A stretch of DNA of 50,269 nucleotides from Candidatus Cloacimonadota bacterium (lineage in GTDB: Bacteria; Cloacimonadota; Cloacimonadia; Cloacimonadales; WRIO01): contig JAKQQL010000234.1 of assembly GCA_029564175.1 (NCBI GenBank), forward strand, positions 1-50,269, given 5' to 3'. The first letter of the stretch is position 1. Every line of letters starts with the position of its first letter. The position numbers and the translations under genes were made by a program. Below, one piece after another: positions 1-9,295 of this stretch. Below the pieces are notes generated by a model, which was not told the DNA's origin, ran no database searches, and saw only the letters and a list, made by a program, of their open reading frames with translations.

Positions 1-35
1 ATTGGCTCATTTTTCTTTGTCTTTGGTTGATTCAT
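1..35 (-). CDS. 5' end of a gene running off the left edge (MNQPKTKKNEP...), product unknown
   Basis: ATG at 35-33 on the minus strand preceded by AAGGAG RBS (47-42); open to the window edge. Confidence 0.55.
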   Translation of the reverse strand, partial: MNQPKTKKNEP

Positions 36-492
36 GATCTACTCCTTGTCTTTTTTATTTTCAAATTCAATAAAACAAAGAGTTGGATCTGGATCAACCT
101 TTTTTTTTATCTTTTTACACCAACTTTTGAGATGTTATCAAAAATTAACACAAAATGAATCAAATGCAAACAAATTTTAAATAAACTGTCCTAATTATTT
201 AAACTCAAAGACATGCAGTAATTAAAACATTTAATGTATCGTTCTTGTGATCAGTTCCGATCTCTGATTATCTGTAGTGAAAACGTTATTAAAACAGTAA
301 GAAAATCGAATGATTCTCTTATCTATCCTGTAGAAAACACTAAAAAATCCATTTTTCAACTTTATATAGCGCTGCTGATAGACATAAACAATGTGATTGA
401 TAATAACTGTTATAAAAAGGGGAGGAAGAGAGTATGTAAATGATATGCTTTACTTGTGATATTACTGGAAGGATTCGTTTGATGTAATAATC

Positions 493-2958
493 TTAGCGGT
501 GTGCCTTTATATAATATTTGTGATCTGGTTTTGTAAATGCGTGTACTTCTGTATAGTCAGAATTGAGCTTACAGATGATAGCACCATCTGAACCAGTAAT
601 AAAGTATTGGCAGTTTAGCGCTGATAAAAAGCCTAATGTCTGTTGATGTGGAAAGTTAAACCTGTTTTTTTTAGCAGCAGGAATGACTGCTACCAGGGGT
701 TGAACTTCTTCTAAAAATGAAATACTACTACCTGTTTTACTGCCATGATGAGGTATTTTGAGAAATTCGCTTTTCAGTTCTTCTCCATAGTGATTTACTA
801 TCCAGTTTTCTGCTTCATGTTCAATGTCTCCGGTAAACAGAAAATCAAAATCATTTTCTGACCATTTTACAACAAGAGATGAATTGTTTAGATGCTCAGG
901 CTGGTATTTTTTATCTGGATGAAGAAATTTTAATTTCGAGTGTTGTAAATTGATTGTGCAGGTGTCTGATATCAGCTGGATTGTTTGAAACTGGTTTTTG
1001 CATTGATTTATCATATCAAGATACAGAGAGTCTTGAATGATTTTATCGCTTACAATCAAGGTATTTACATTTAGTTTTTTACATATTGCAGGTAATCCGC
1101 TGATATGGTCACTATGCGGATGAGAGATGATCAGATAATCTATCGTCTGGATATGATTTTTCAGACAATAGGGAATCAGCTGGTTCTCTATCTGTGCTTT
1201 ATATCCGTTCAAATCAGCAGTATCAATGACAATATTTTCCTTGTCTCGAGTTGATATCAAAAAAGCATCAGAAGTTCCTGTGCTAAAAAATACGACTTTT
1301 GACAGGGGCTGGTCACTCGTTTTCAAAAGAAAAAACAATAAAACAAATCCGAGATAAACAGGGATAATGATTTTACTTTTATGTTTCAGGTAACGAAGGT
1401 GTAAAACAACCAGCAAAAACAATGTCAGTAATAAGCACATCTGATAAATATTGATTGCATCATAAAATATGAAATTTATATTTTCCATCAGATTTAAAGA
1501 TTTTTCTAGCAGAAAGACCAAAAAATCAAGACTTAACTTAAAATATTTAAAAAAGAACAGATATTCGGGCGTTATCAGAACGGCTAATCCTGTGCTGAGC
1601 AACAAAGAAAACAAAGGAATCAGAAAAAGATTACTGATGAGGGCATTCAGATTAAGCTGATTAAAGAAATAAAAGCTAAAAGGGCTGCTGAATAGACTAA
1701 TCATGAAGGATGCTGACAGTAAAAGGCAGATTTTTTGAATACGGGGATGATCTTCTAAAAAAAAGCCTACTTTACTTAACTTTGTTTCAGAACCTGTGTT
1801 TTTATGGATGACAATTTGATCTTTTAGGCTAAAGATTTGATGTATCAGGTACAGGGCGATAACAGCCGTAACTGACAATAATAAACCTATATCGTAGAGT
1901 TGCCGGGGATTTATGATCAGAATGATAAACACACTTAGGCTCAATATTTGCCAAAAATTCTGTTTACGCTGAACGATTTTGCTAATAATCAACATACTAA
2001 TCATAAGGGATGCCCGTAGCACAGAAGGACTAAATCCGCAAATACCGGAAAAAATGGCTAAAAAAGCAATCGATAAATATCGTGCCAGTGTTCTATTGAT
2101 GATGCTGATGAGTGTATAAAAAATCATATAAATCAACCCTGTATGCAAGCCAGATACAGCCAGCAGGTGAAGTACACCTGCCTGTTGATAATGGGCATAG
2201 GAAATAATGTTTCGGTTTGAGTTATAATCACTCAACACAGAGGTGTTTCCGGTAAGAATGGCTTTCATCAGATCAGAATAAGGAACAAATTTTTGATCCA
2301 TTATCTGATAGAGTTTAGATTTGATAAATGATAAACTCATTTTCATTTTGATTAAGACTGGCAGATTTTTTTCTGGCTGGTATATCTTATAAATGTGGAC
2401 TATGTTTGCAGAAGCTGAAATACCTTCGTTTTGCATTGCCAGAATCCAGAGGGATTCTCCAGGATTATGATAAACTGGTTTTTCAATTTGAACCAATGCT
2501 TCAATTTTTTGTCCAATTTGAAGGGAATCATTTTGAGTATAGCAGTACAACTTACCACTTACAGATTTCTGATTGATACTAATCAGACGTGCAGTATAGC
2601 GGAAGCGGTCTTTTTTTTTAATTGGCTCAGAATCAAGCATCATCGTCATTTTTTGTTGAATTACTGATTTTTCATTTAGAAGCTTAGAAATGTGATGGCT
2701 GTACTGAAAATGATAAAAGACTGTATATTGATTAGCAGCGAGGATGATTAACAGACAAATGAGCAGGTTTTTAACCTTATGATTTTTTAAAACAGTAAAA
2801 AGAATCATCAAAAGAGCAAAGAGACTTAATGAAATGATCAGAGAAACTTTTAATCCTGAGAGAAGAATGCCTATAATGAGACATACAAGAGGCATCAGAA
2901 AGGAAACAGGTAAAGCATTTTTAGCATTTCTCTTCACTTTGTTATCCTTTTCATTCAT
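493..2958 (-). CDS. comEC: DNA uptake channel ComEC/Rec2 (OB-like domain + competence membrane domain + metallo-beta-lactamase domain)
   Basis: GVLHLLAVSGLH and PSVLRA competence motifs; SHPHSDH, FTGDIE and KIPHHGS MBL motifs; start moved to ATG 2958 behind GGAGA. Confidence 0.95.
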   Translation of the reverse strand: MNEKDNKVKRNAKNALPVSFLMPLVCLIIGILLSGLKVSLIISLSLFALLMILFTVLKNHKVKNLLICLLIILAANQYTVFYHFQYSHHISKLLNEKSVIQQKMTMMLDSEPIKKKDRFRYTARLISINQKSVSGKLYCYTQNDSLQIGQKIEALVQIEKPVYHNPGESLWILAMQNEGISASANIVHIYKIYQPEKNLPVLIKMKMSLSFIKSKLYQIMDQKFVPYSDLMKAILTGNTSVLSDYNSNRNIISYAHYQQAGVLHLLAVSGLHTGLIYMIFYTLISIINRTLARYLSIAFLAIFSGICGFSPSVLRASLMISMLIISKIVQRKQNFWQILSLSVFIILIINPRQLYDIGLLLSVTAVIALYLIHQIFSLKDQIVIHKNTGSETKLSKVGFFLEDHPRIQKICLLLSASFMISLFSSPFSFYFFNQLNLNALISNLFLIPLFSLLLSTGLAVLITPEYLFFFKYFKLSLDFLVFLLEKSLNLMENINFIFYDAINIYQMCLLLTLFLLVVLHLRYLKHKSKIIIPVYLGFVLLFFLLKTSDQPLSKVVFFSTGTSDAFLISTRDKENIVIDTADLNGYKAQIENQLIPYCLKNHIQTIDYLIISHPHSDHISGLPAICKKLNVNTLIVSDKIIQDSLYLDMINQCKNQFQTIQLISDTCTINLQHSKLKFLHPDKKYQPEHLNNSSLVVKWSENDFDFLFTGDIEHEAENWIVNHYGEELKSEFLKIPHHGSKTGSSISFLEEVQPLVAVIPAAKKNRFNFPHQQTLGFLSALNCQYFITGSDGAIICKLNSDYTEVHAFTKPDHKYYIKAHR

Positions 2959-3108
2959 CTGCTTTCTCCATAACTTTGCTCTCAGCATGAGAAAATTCTA
3001 TTTTATTGAAGGCGATCGCCTTCATTTCAATAGACAGCTGACAGTATGCGTTACATCACTAAAAAATCCAGGATGCTCGTTTAATACTATTGGAGCAGAA
3101 TCGCTTTT

Positions 3109-4176
3109 TTACTTTTTAAGACTTTCCTGGAATTCATCTTTATAGATTTGCAAGAGTGCTAAAAAAAGAGATGCAATGACTGGCCCAATGATAAAACCCA
3201 TGATACCGAAAAGACTGATGCCACCGATTGTTGAGAAAAATATCATTAAATCATGCATTTTTGCATCTTTCCCCACCAGATAGGGTCGAATCAGGTTATC
3301 TACATTGGATATGACTAAAGTGCTGATGAGGATGATGAGAATGCCACTCCAGGTATTGCCGAATAAAATCTGAATAATGCCTGCCGGTACTAAGACTACC
3401 CATGCACCAATCATTGGAATAATCGAACATATCAGCATTATAAAACCCCATAAAAGCCAGGTCTTCACTCCAAACAGCATCAATGTCAGCGCACCCAGGG
3501 ACCCCTGCAATAATCCAATAATGAGTGTCCCTTTTACCGTTGCCCTTGATATACGGTTAAAATGATCAAAAAGCTTTCTGTCATGTTCTTTATTGAGTGG
3601 ACTAAGGCTTTGTAATTCTACAAGTAATTTATCTCCGTCTCTGAAAAAATAAAACATGCAAAAAAAAGTAATGAACAAATCAACAAAAAAGAGAATAAAA
3701 GAGGAAGAATAACGGTTAAACAGATAAGTCATCAGTTGTAACAGTTTATTTCCAGCTTCTATCAGAATCCCTGACCAGTCAAATGAGTACAGCTCTATGG
3801 TATCAAAAATTTCATATTGCTTTAAACGGCTGATAATCTCCTGCTCAGAAATTTCTGAAATGTTTTGAATAAAAGGGGTAATCTGGGTATAAACGATTTG
3901 TGCCTGATGTGCTAATATCATCAATAAGATTATGAGTGGTATGAAAATAATAATGATTAATACCAGGCAAGTCGTAAAAGAAGCCAGATTTTTTTTTTTC
4001 TTAAATCGTTTTAACAGATTTTGATATAAGGGATACATCAAAGAGGTGAATGATAAGGCAATGACTATCGGACTGATAAAAGACCTGATTAACTTGAAAA
4101 ATAAGACACTGCATAAAAACAGAATGCTGATAATAGCCCATAATCTGAGTTTTGAACGATTGTCTTTGACTATCAT
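3109..4176 (-). CDS. AI-2E family (PerM/YdiK-like) transporter
   Basis: FYFFRDG, IIPMIGAW, DNLIRPYLVG, GGISLFGIMGFIIGP motifs; start at ATG 4176 after GGAGG; the longer ORF-track start runs through the repeat element. Confidence 0.92.
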   Translation of the reverse strand: MIVKDNRSKLRLWAIISILFLCSVLFFKLIRSFISPIVIALSFTSLMYPLYQNLLKRFKKKKNLASFTTCLVLIIIIFIPLIILLMILAHQAQIVYTQITPFIQNISEISEQEIISRLKQYEIFDTIELYSFDWSGILIEAGNKLLQLMTYLFNRYSSSFILFFVDLFITFFCMFYFFRDGDKLLVELQSLSPLNKEHDRKLFDHFNRISRATVKGTLIIGLLQGSLGALTLMLFGVKTWLLWGFIMLICSIIPMIGAWVVLVPAGIIQILFGNTWSGILIILISTLVISNVDNLIRPYLVGKDAKMHDLMIFFSTIGGISLFGIMGFIIGPVIASLFLALLQIYKDEFQESLKK

Positions 4177-4198
4177 ATCTCCTCCTTTTTGTATAAAT

Positions 4199-4371
4199 GT
4201 ACTGCGAGCATCTTGCTTGCAGAAACAGGCTACAAGCGGGACGCTTGTAGTACGGAATATTTCGCAAGCTGGTAGCTTGCGGTACACGCTTGTAGTACGG
4301 AATATTTCGCAAGCTGGTAGCTTGCGGTACACCCTTGTAGTACGGATAAACAACTGGAGTGGTCGTTCTAC
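4199..4371 (-). repeat. Composite REP/BIME-like palindrome cluster, copy 1, containing 2.3 tandem 45-bp units
   Basis: 4241-4285 is identical to 4286-4330 with a partial third unit to 4346; five GTA(C/G) + 7-bp stem/5-nt loop hairpins; homologous to 29642-29797. Confidence 0.9.
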
Positions 4372-4387
4372 CACTAGCTGTACTGTC

Positions 4388-6001
4388 TTACTTAATGAAT
4401 AGTAATTTTTTGGTCTGAATCTGTTTGCCATCATTGATTTTTACAAAGTAGATGCCACTGTTTTTTACATGAAGCTGACTCTGACAGATATTGCCTGAAC
4501 GGCTGTCAAACAACTGAGACATGATTTTTTGTCCCTTAATATTATAAATGGATATTGTTTTCTGCCCTTTTTGAGATTTGCTGAAATCGATGCTAAACTC
4601 GCCGTGTTGGGTATTTCTTACTGGATTCGGGTAGATATGCCATTCATCTTTTTGTTGACAAACCAACTGATCATCAGCAGGTGTTAGCTGACCCAATTTA
4701 GCAATAAAGATATCATAATCATATTCATTGCTGGAACTGACACTGTTCTCTCCAAAATAAGATGTTCCTCCAAACCAGCCTGTAGCATAGAGAGTTCCGT
4801 TTGGACTTGTACATAAACCCGATGAAATGGTCGTTGCCATTCCTCCGGCAGGATATGTATGAAGGATGTTGCCATTGCTGTCAAATTCAATCAGGATAAT
4901 GTTTTCAGCACCCTGAGAAATAAATGTCTCATTTTCAACATAAAGTGTATCATTGAAATTGGCGATTAACCAGGCATTATTGCCAACTGTTGTCAAATCT
5001 TTCCCTTTATCTATCATATTGCTACCATAGCCTTTTACCCATTCAACTTCAAAACTACTGTTCAGTTTCGCTAGAAAGAAGTCTGACTGTTCTCCGTGAG
5101 AAGTGATTTGGTAATCATCAAAAATAGCTGTATTTGAGAAAGTTCCACCAATAAACAATTCATTATTTTCATTCACTTTTGCGTTCATAATCAGCGCATT
5201 GGGGAATACTTTATAGTTTTGACTGTCAGAGGATAGGTTTTTCGCATATAAGTAGCCTCCGCCAGTTGTTTCCATAACCGTATTATTGAAGAGTAATTCA
5301 CCTCCGGAAGAACCAATTGTATAAAAGTGAGTCATATCTGAATCAATCTCATAAGCATAATTCACCCCAGGTCCATTGCCTGTAATCATATTTTCAAAAT
5401 TTAAATCCATGTCATAGGTAATAATGTAAATATCAGAACCTCCAGCCGTTACAACGTTTTGTCCTCCTACATTCATATCACTGTTATACCAGCCTGTAAC
5501 AAAGACTTTTTGTCCGTTTGTACTGAGTCCATAACCAATTTCCGACTGAGATCCACCAAAGGACAACGCATTAACGATATGACCATCTGTTGTACATTTT
5601 AAAACAAAAGTATCCCATGCTCCATTTCCAATAAGTGTGTAGCCATCGACATAAAGACTATCCACAAAATATCCGGTTACATAAAGAAAATCATTATGAT
5701 AATCGATACTCATCCCTACAGCCCCAATAACTGAATTACCCTGTAAGGTCCAAATGAAATTGCCATTTTCATCCATTTTAGATATAAACAGGTCTGAAGA
5801 TGGGCTTGTGCTGGTAAACTGTTGATTTCCGAAACTGACATCCCCCTGAAAACTGCCAGTCAGATAACAATTTTCATTTTCATCGGCACAAATTGACCAT
5901 GGCCAGTCTAATTGTGTGCCTCCGGCTTTTTTTACCCAGTCCCAGCCCATCAGATTTAATGCCGTCATGATACTGATTATGAGTAGAATATACTTTTTCA
6001 T
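4388..6001 (-). CDS. Secreted beta-propeller (SBBP-like repeat) protein with C-terminal T9SS-A/Por-like sorting domain
   Basis: Signal peptide; repeated 'Y.TG.F...D.FI.K....G...W....G' blades; C-terminal IYPNP...IYNIKGQ...SGIYFVKI...TKKLL. Confidence 0.85.
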   Translation of the reverse strand: MKKYILLIISIMTALNLMGWDWVKKAGGTQLDWPWSICADENENCYLTGSFQGDVSFGNQQFTSTSPSSDLFISKMDENGNFIWTLQGNSVIGAVGMSIDYHNDFLYVTGYFVDSLYVDGYTLIGNGAWDTFVLKCTTDGHIVNALSFGGSQSEIGYGLSTNGQKVFVTGWYNSDMNVGGQNVVTAGGSDIYIITYDMDLNFENMITGNGPGVNYAYEIDSDMTHFYTIGSSGGELLFNNTVMETTGGGYLYAKNLSSDSQNYKVFPNALIMNAKVNENNELFIGGTFSNTAIFDDYQITSHGEQSDFFLAKLNSSFEVEWVKGYGSNMIDKGKDLTTVGNNAWLIANFNDTLYVENETFISQGAENIILIEFDSNGNILHTYPAGGMATTISSGLCTSPNGTLYATGWFGGTSYFGENSVSSSNEYDYDIFIAKLGQLTPADDQLVCQQKDEWHIYPNPVRNTQHGEFSIDFSKSQKGQKTISIYNIKGQKIMSQLFDSRSGNICQSQLHVKNSGIYFVKINDGKQIQTKKLLFIK

Positions 6002-6249
6002 TCTTTCTCCCTCAAGTTATATGATTTTTATATATTCCATTAAAATAATGATATTTTTTCAGTCAAGTAAATCTCTTTTTATTTTTATAAGAAAAGTTAT
6101 ATCATTTTTATCTACATACATTTAATCGCATTAATTGCTATAAAAATGAATGAATTAACGATTGGTTTTAAAATTGCACATCAATTAGTGAAAAATAAAT
6201 TGACGAAAATGTGTCTGTATAATAAACGTATGTTTAAGGAGGATTTCAG

Positions 6250-6786
6250 GTGTTAGGATCTCTTATATCAAAAGTATATCTCAACGTACTGGCATTTAGT
6301 GTGCTTCTATTTTCTAATTATACAGGCAATATTGTTGATTTTTCAAGTTTACTGACGAAAACAGTTGGCGATAATTTGGTTTGTTCTACCTATCTGACAA
6401 ATGCTTTTGAAAATGATTTTGATGAGATTTTTAAATCAGGCAAAGAAATCAGAGTGTGGTTTGAATTCCGTGCTTTAAAAGATAATAAAGTGATTCATTA
6501 TGAAAAATTCTATCATCAGGTCAAATGGAATGCCGGCAAGCAGGAATATCAGCTCAATCTTCAGGAACAAAACTATAAAACCAATACAAAATCAGTGAAA
6601 GAATTAAAATATCTGCTGTCTGTTGTAGAATATCCCTTTTATAAAGCCAACCATAATGGAAACGTTGTAATCGAAGTCAATGCTTATCTGCCCAAGATAT
6701 ATCTGGAAACAATCAGTAAGGAAGTCGATTTAATGTTGTTGTGGAAAATGAAAAAACCTTCTATCCGAAAGGAGGTCAGACTCTAA
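6250..6786 (+). CDS. DUF4390-like periplasmic protein upstream of NtrY-like kinase
   Basis: GTG start after AAGGAGG; hydrophobic N-terminus; typical DUF4390-kinase-regulator gene order; family call from context. Confidence 0.65.
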   Translation: MLGSLISKVYLNVLAFSVLLFSNYTGNIVDFSSLLTKTVGDNLVCSTYLTNAFENDFDEIFKSGKEIRVWFEFRALKDNKVIHYEKFYHQVKWNAGKQEYQLNLQEQNYKTNTKSVKELKYLLSVVEYPFYKANHNGNVVIEVNAYLPKIYLETISKEVDLMLLWKMKKPSIRKEVRL

Positions 6787-7958
6787 TGATAAGATTTAGA
6801 TTAAGTATGAGGATTATAGTCATCGGGATGTTTATCTTGCTTTATTCTGGCAGTTTAATCATTTTAAATCAGTTTTTTGTTGAAAAGCAAAAAGAATCAG
6901 AAAAAATTCTCAGTAAAATGAATATTTCGGCAGATATATCAAAAATATATGTTGACACTGCGGAAGATTCGCTGATTGTTAATGATATCTCCAACCGTTT
7001 GTCCCAGTCTATGGCTGGATTAAAAATGACGCAAAATGAAACAAAGATTTATTCTTCTGTCATTTTATTGTTTATGATGCTGATTTCCATTTTGACTTTC
7101 ATCTTTATTTTTTACATTCTAACCCGCCCAATTAAAGAACTTCAGGTAGCCACTGAAAAGATTAAGAAGGGCGATTTTAATGTATTTCTGCCTCCAAAAG
7201 GGATGTCAGAAATCAAGTCTTTGATTCATTCATTTAATGATATGTCCAGAGAACTGGAAAGTATTCAGCAAAAACTACTGATTGCTCAGAAAGAAATGAT
7301 ATGGAAAGATTTAGCCAGAATTCTCACTCATGAGATAAAAAATCCGCTGACTCCCATCCAGTTATCTTTACAGAGACTGGAAGAAAAATATGATAGCGAT
7401 CCGGAAAAATTTAAGCATATCTTCAGAGAATCCCTTGATATCATTTATCAGGAAATTGGTAATCTCCAAAATCTGGTGCAGTCTTTTTCATCTTTTGCTA
7501 AAGATACTCCTGCGAACCCTTCTGTTTTTGATCCTGAAAAAGCCATCTGTGAAATACTCAAACCTTATCAAAATGATTATCATATAGAGCTTGACATTTT
7601 AAAAGATAAACGGATAAAATTTGATCCAACTCATTTTTATTAGATCATTACCAATATCTTTCAGAATGCCATTGAATCATCTGCTGATAATGGTAAAGTT
7701 TGGATTACTCTTAAACAAAGCCATTCTTTTTTAGTTTTAACAATCAGGGATGAAGGAAAAGGCATTGCTCAGGAAGATTTATCTAGAATATTTGAACCCT
7801 ATTTTACCAAAAAGAGTAAGGGTACCGGACTTGGTCTGGCGCTTGTCAAACGTTTATGTGAGGCAAATCATACTGGAATTCGTGTAAAAAGCGTTATAGG
7901 TAAAGGCACAGAATTTGAAATCATATTGGAGGAAACCCTTGAAAATATTCATTCTTGA
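6786..7958 (+). pseudogene. NtrY-like HAMP sensor histidine kinase interrupted by an in-frame TAG at 7641-7643
   Basis: 2 TM, HAMP, H-box WKDLARILTHEIKNPLTPI; after TAG the same frame gives IITNIFQNAIE (N box), IRDEGKGI (G1), IFEPYFT (F), GTGLGLALV (G2) to TGA 7956-7958. Confidence 0.9.
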
Positions 7959-9294
7959 TGATGAAAAAAACATCTGTATCAGTCTGAAAAATATTCTTGA
8001 AGATGAAGGTTATGCATGTAGCTATTCCACTTCAGTAGAAGAAGGCAGAAAAATTATTGAAGGCAATGTGCCTGATCTGCTCTTACTTGACGTTCAGTTA
8101 AAAGATGGAAACGGACTTGATTTTTTAAAACAGATTAAAGAGGTTTTGCCTGATCTTTTAGTCGTCATGATTTCAGGGCATAGTGGCATTAAAGAAGCTG
8201 TTCAGGCAATGAAATCCGGTGCGTTTGATTTTCTGGAAAAACCGCTCAATCTGACACGTGTAAAATTAACAGTGCAGAATGCACTCAGCTATTCTACTTT
8301 ACAGGAAGATTATAAGATTTTAAAAGAGTCTTTTAATGAACAATATCGTATTATTGGTAGTAGTCAGGCAATTCAGGAAGTGCTTCAATTGGCTCAGAAA
8401 GTGGCAAAAACCAACTCAAGAGTGCTAATCAGAGGGGAAAGCGGGTCTGGTAAGGAATTACTGGCTTATGCTATTCATAATCAGTCTCAGAGATCTAAAG
8501 GACCTTTTATTAAATTTAACTCTGCTGCAATTCCAAATGAGTTGGTCGAGAGTGAATTGTTTGGTTATGAAAAGGGTGCTTTTACCGGAGCTGTAAAATC
8601 TAAAAAAGGAAAATTGGAACTGGCAGATAAAGGAACGTTATTTTTAGATGAAATCGGAGATATGAACCTTTCGGCTCAGGCAAAAATACTCAGAGTTTTA
8701 CAGGAAGGTGAATTTGAACGGGTTGGATCCAACGAAATCATAAAGATTGATACCCGTATTATCGCTGCAACTCATAAAAATCTGGAAGAAATGATAGAAA
8801 ACGGACTTTTCCGTGAAGATTTATTTTATCGATTAAATGTGGTCCCATTGATTTCTCCGGCTTTGCGGGAAAGACGAGAAGATATTCCTCTGTTAGTTGA
8901 ATTCTTTTGTCATAAATTTGCTGCAGAATTTAATCTACCACTAAAAACTTTAAGTGATGGAGCGCTCAGACAGATTATGAATCAGGAATTTAAAGGAAAT
9001 ATCAGGGAATTACGAAATCTGATTGAACGTCTCTACATTTTAAGTGATGGGAATGTCATTTCTGAAAGTGATTTACCGCTTCCATCGATCAAATCAGAAC
9101 ATAAGGATAACTCTTTCTGGGAGATAACGACTTCTTATCAGGATAAAAAAGAAGAATTCGAATTTAAATATCTGAGTAAACAACTGGAAATTCATGATTT
9201 TAATGTAAGCCGAACAGCGAATGCACTTGGCTTACAACAGAGTAATTTGTCACGTAAATTGAAAGAACTCAATATTAATATAAAGGAGAAATAG
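7939..9294 (+). CDS. Sigma54-dependent response regulator (NtrX/NtrC family: REC-AAA+-Fis HTH)
   Basis: ILDDE/LLDVQL receiver, GESGSGKE Walker A, ESELFG, GAFTGA, LFLDEIGD; TTG start at 7939 after GGAGGA. Confidence 0.95.
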   Translation: MKIFILDDEKNICISLKNILEDEGYACSYSTSVEEGRKIIEGNVPDLLLLDVQLKDGNGLDFLKQIKEVLPDLLVVMISGHSGIKEAVQAMKSGAFDFLEKPLNLTRVKLTVQNALSYSTLQEDYKILKESFNEQYRIIGSSQAIQEVLQLAQKVAKTNSRVLIRGESGSGKELLAYAIHNQSQRSKGPFIKFNSAAIPNELVESELFGYEKGAFTGAVKSKKGKLELADKGTLFLDEIGDMNLSAQAKILRVLQEGEFERVGSNEIIKIDTRIIAATHKNLEEMIENGLFREDLFYRLNVVPLISPALRERREDIPLLVEFFCHKFAAEFNLPLKTLSDGALRQIMNQEFKGNIRELRNLIERLYILSDGNVISESDLPLPSIKSEHKDNSFWEITTSYQDKKEEFEFKYLSKQLEIHDFNVSRTANALGLQQSNLSRKLKELNINIKEK

Positions 9295-9295
9295 A

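Noticed and set aside
234..443. 69-aa ORF; also 44207-44464 and the many short antisense or nested ORFs
   Set aside because: No RBS or recognisable motif; they overlap terminators, repeats or well-supported genes
4241..4346. 45-bp tandem repeats as a CRISPR array
   Set aside because: No unique spacers (units are contiguous and identical), only 2.3 units, no cas genes; fits REP-like palindromes
4177..4434. N-terminal extension of the AI-2E ORF and ORFs 4001-4312, 4046-4402, 29588-29818
   Set aside because: These are translations of the repeat element (RKLPACE repeats); a strong RBS supports the start at 4176
7641..7643. Genome-wide TAG reassignment
   Set aside because: TAG ends other genes at their expected C-termini (9294, 19762, 31985, 42741)
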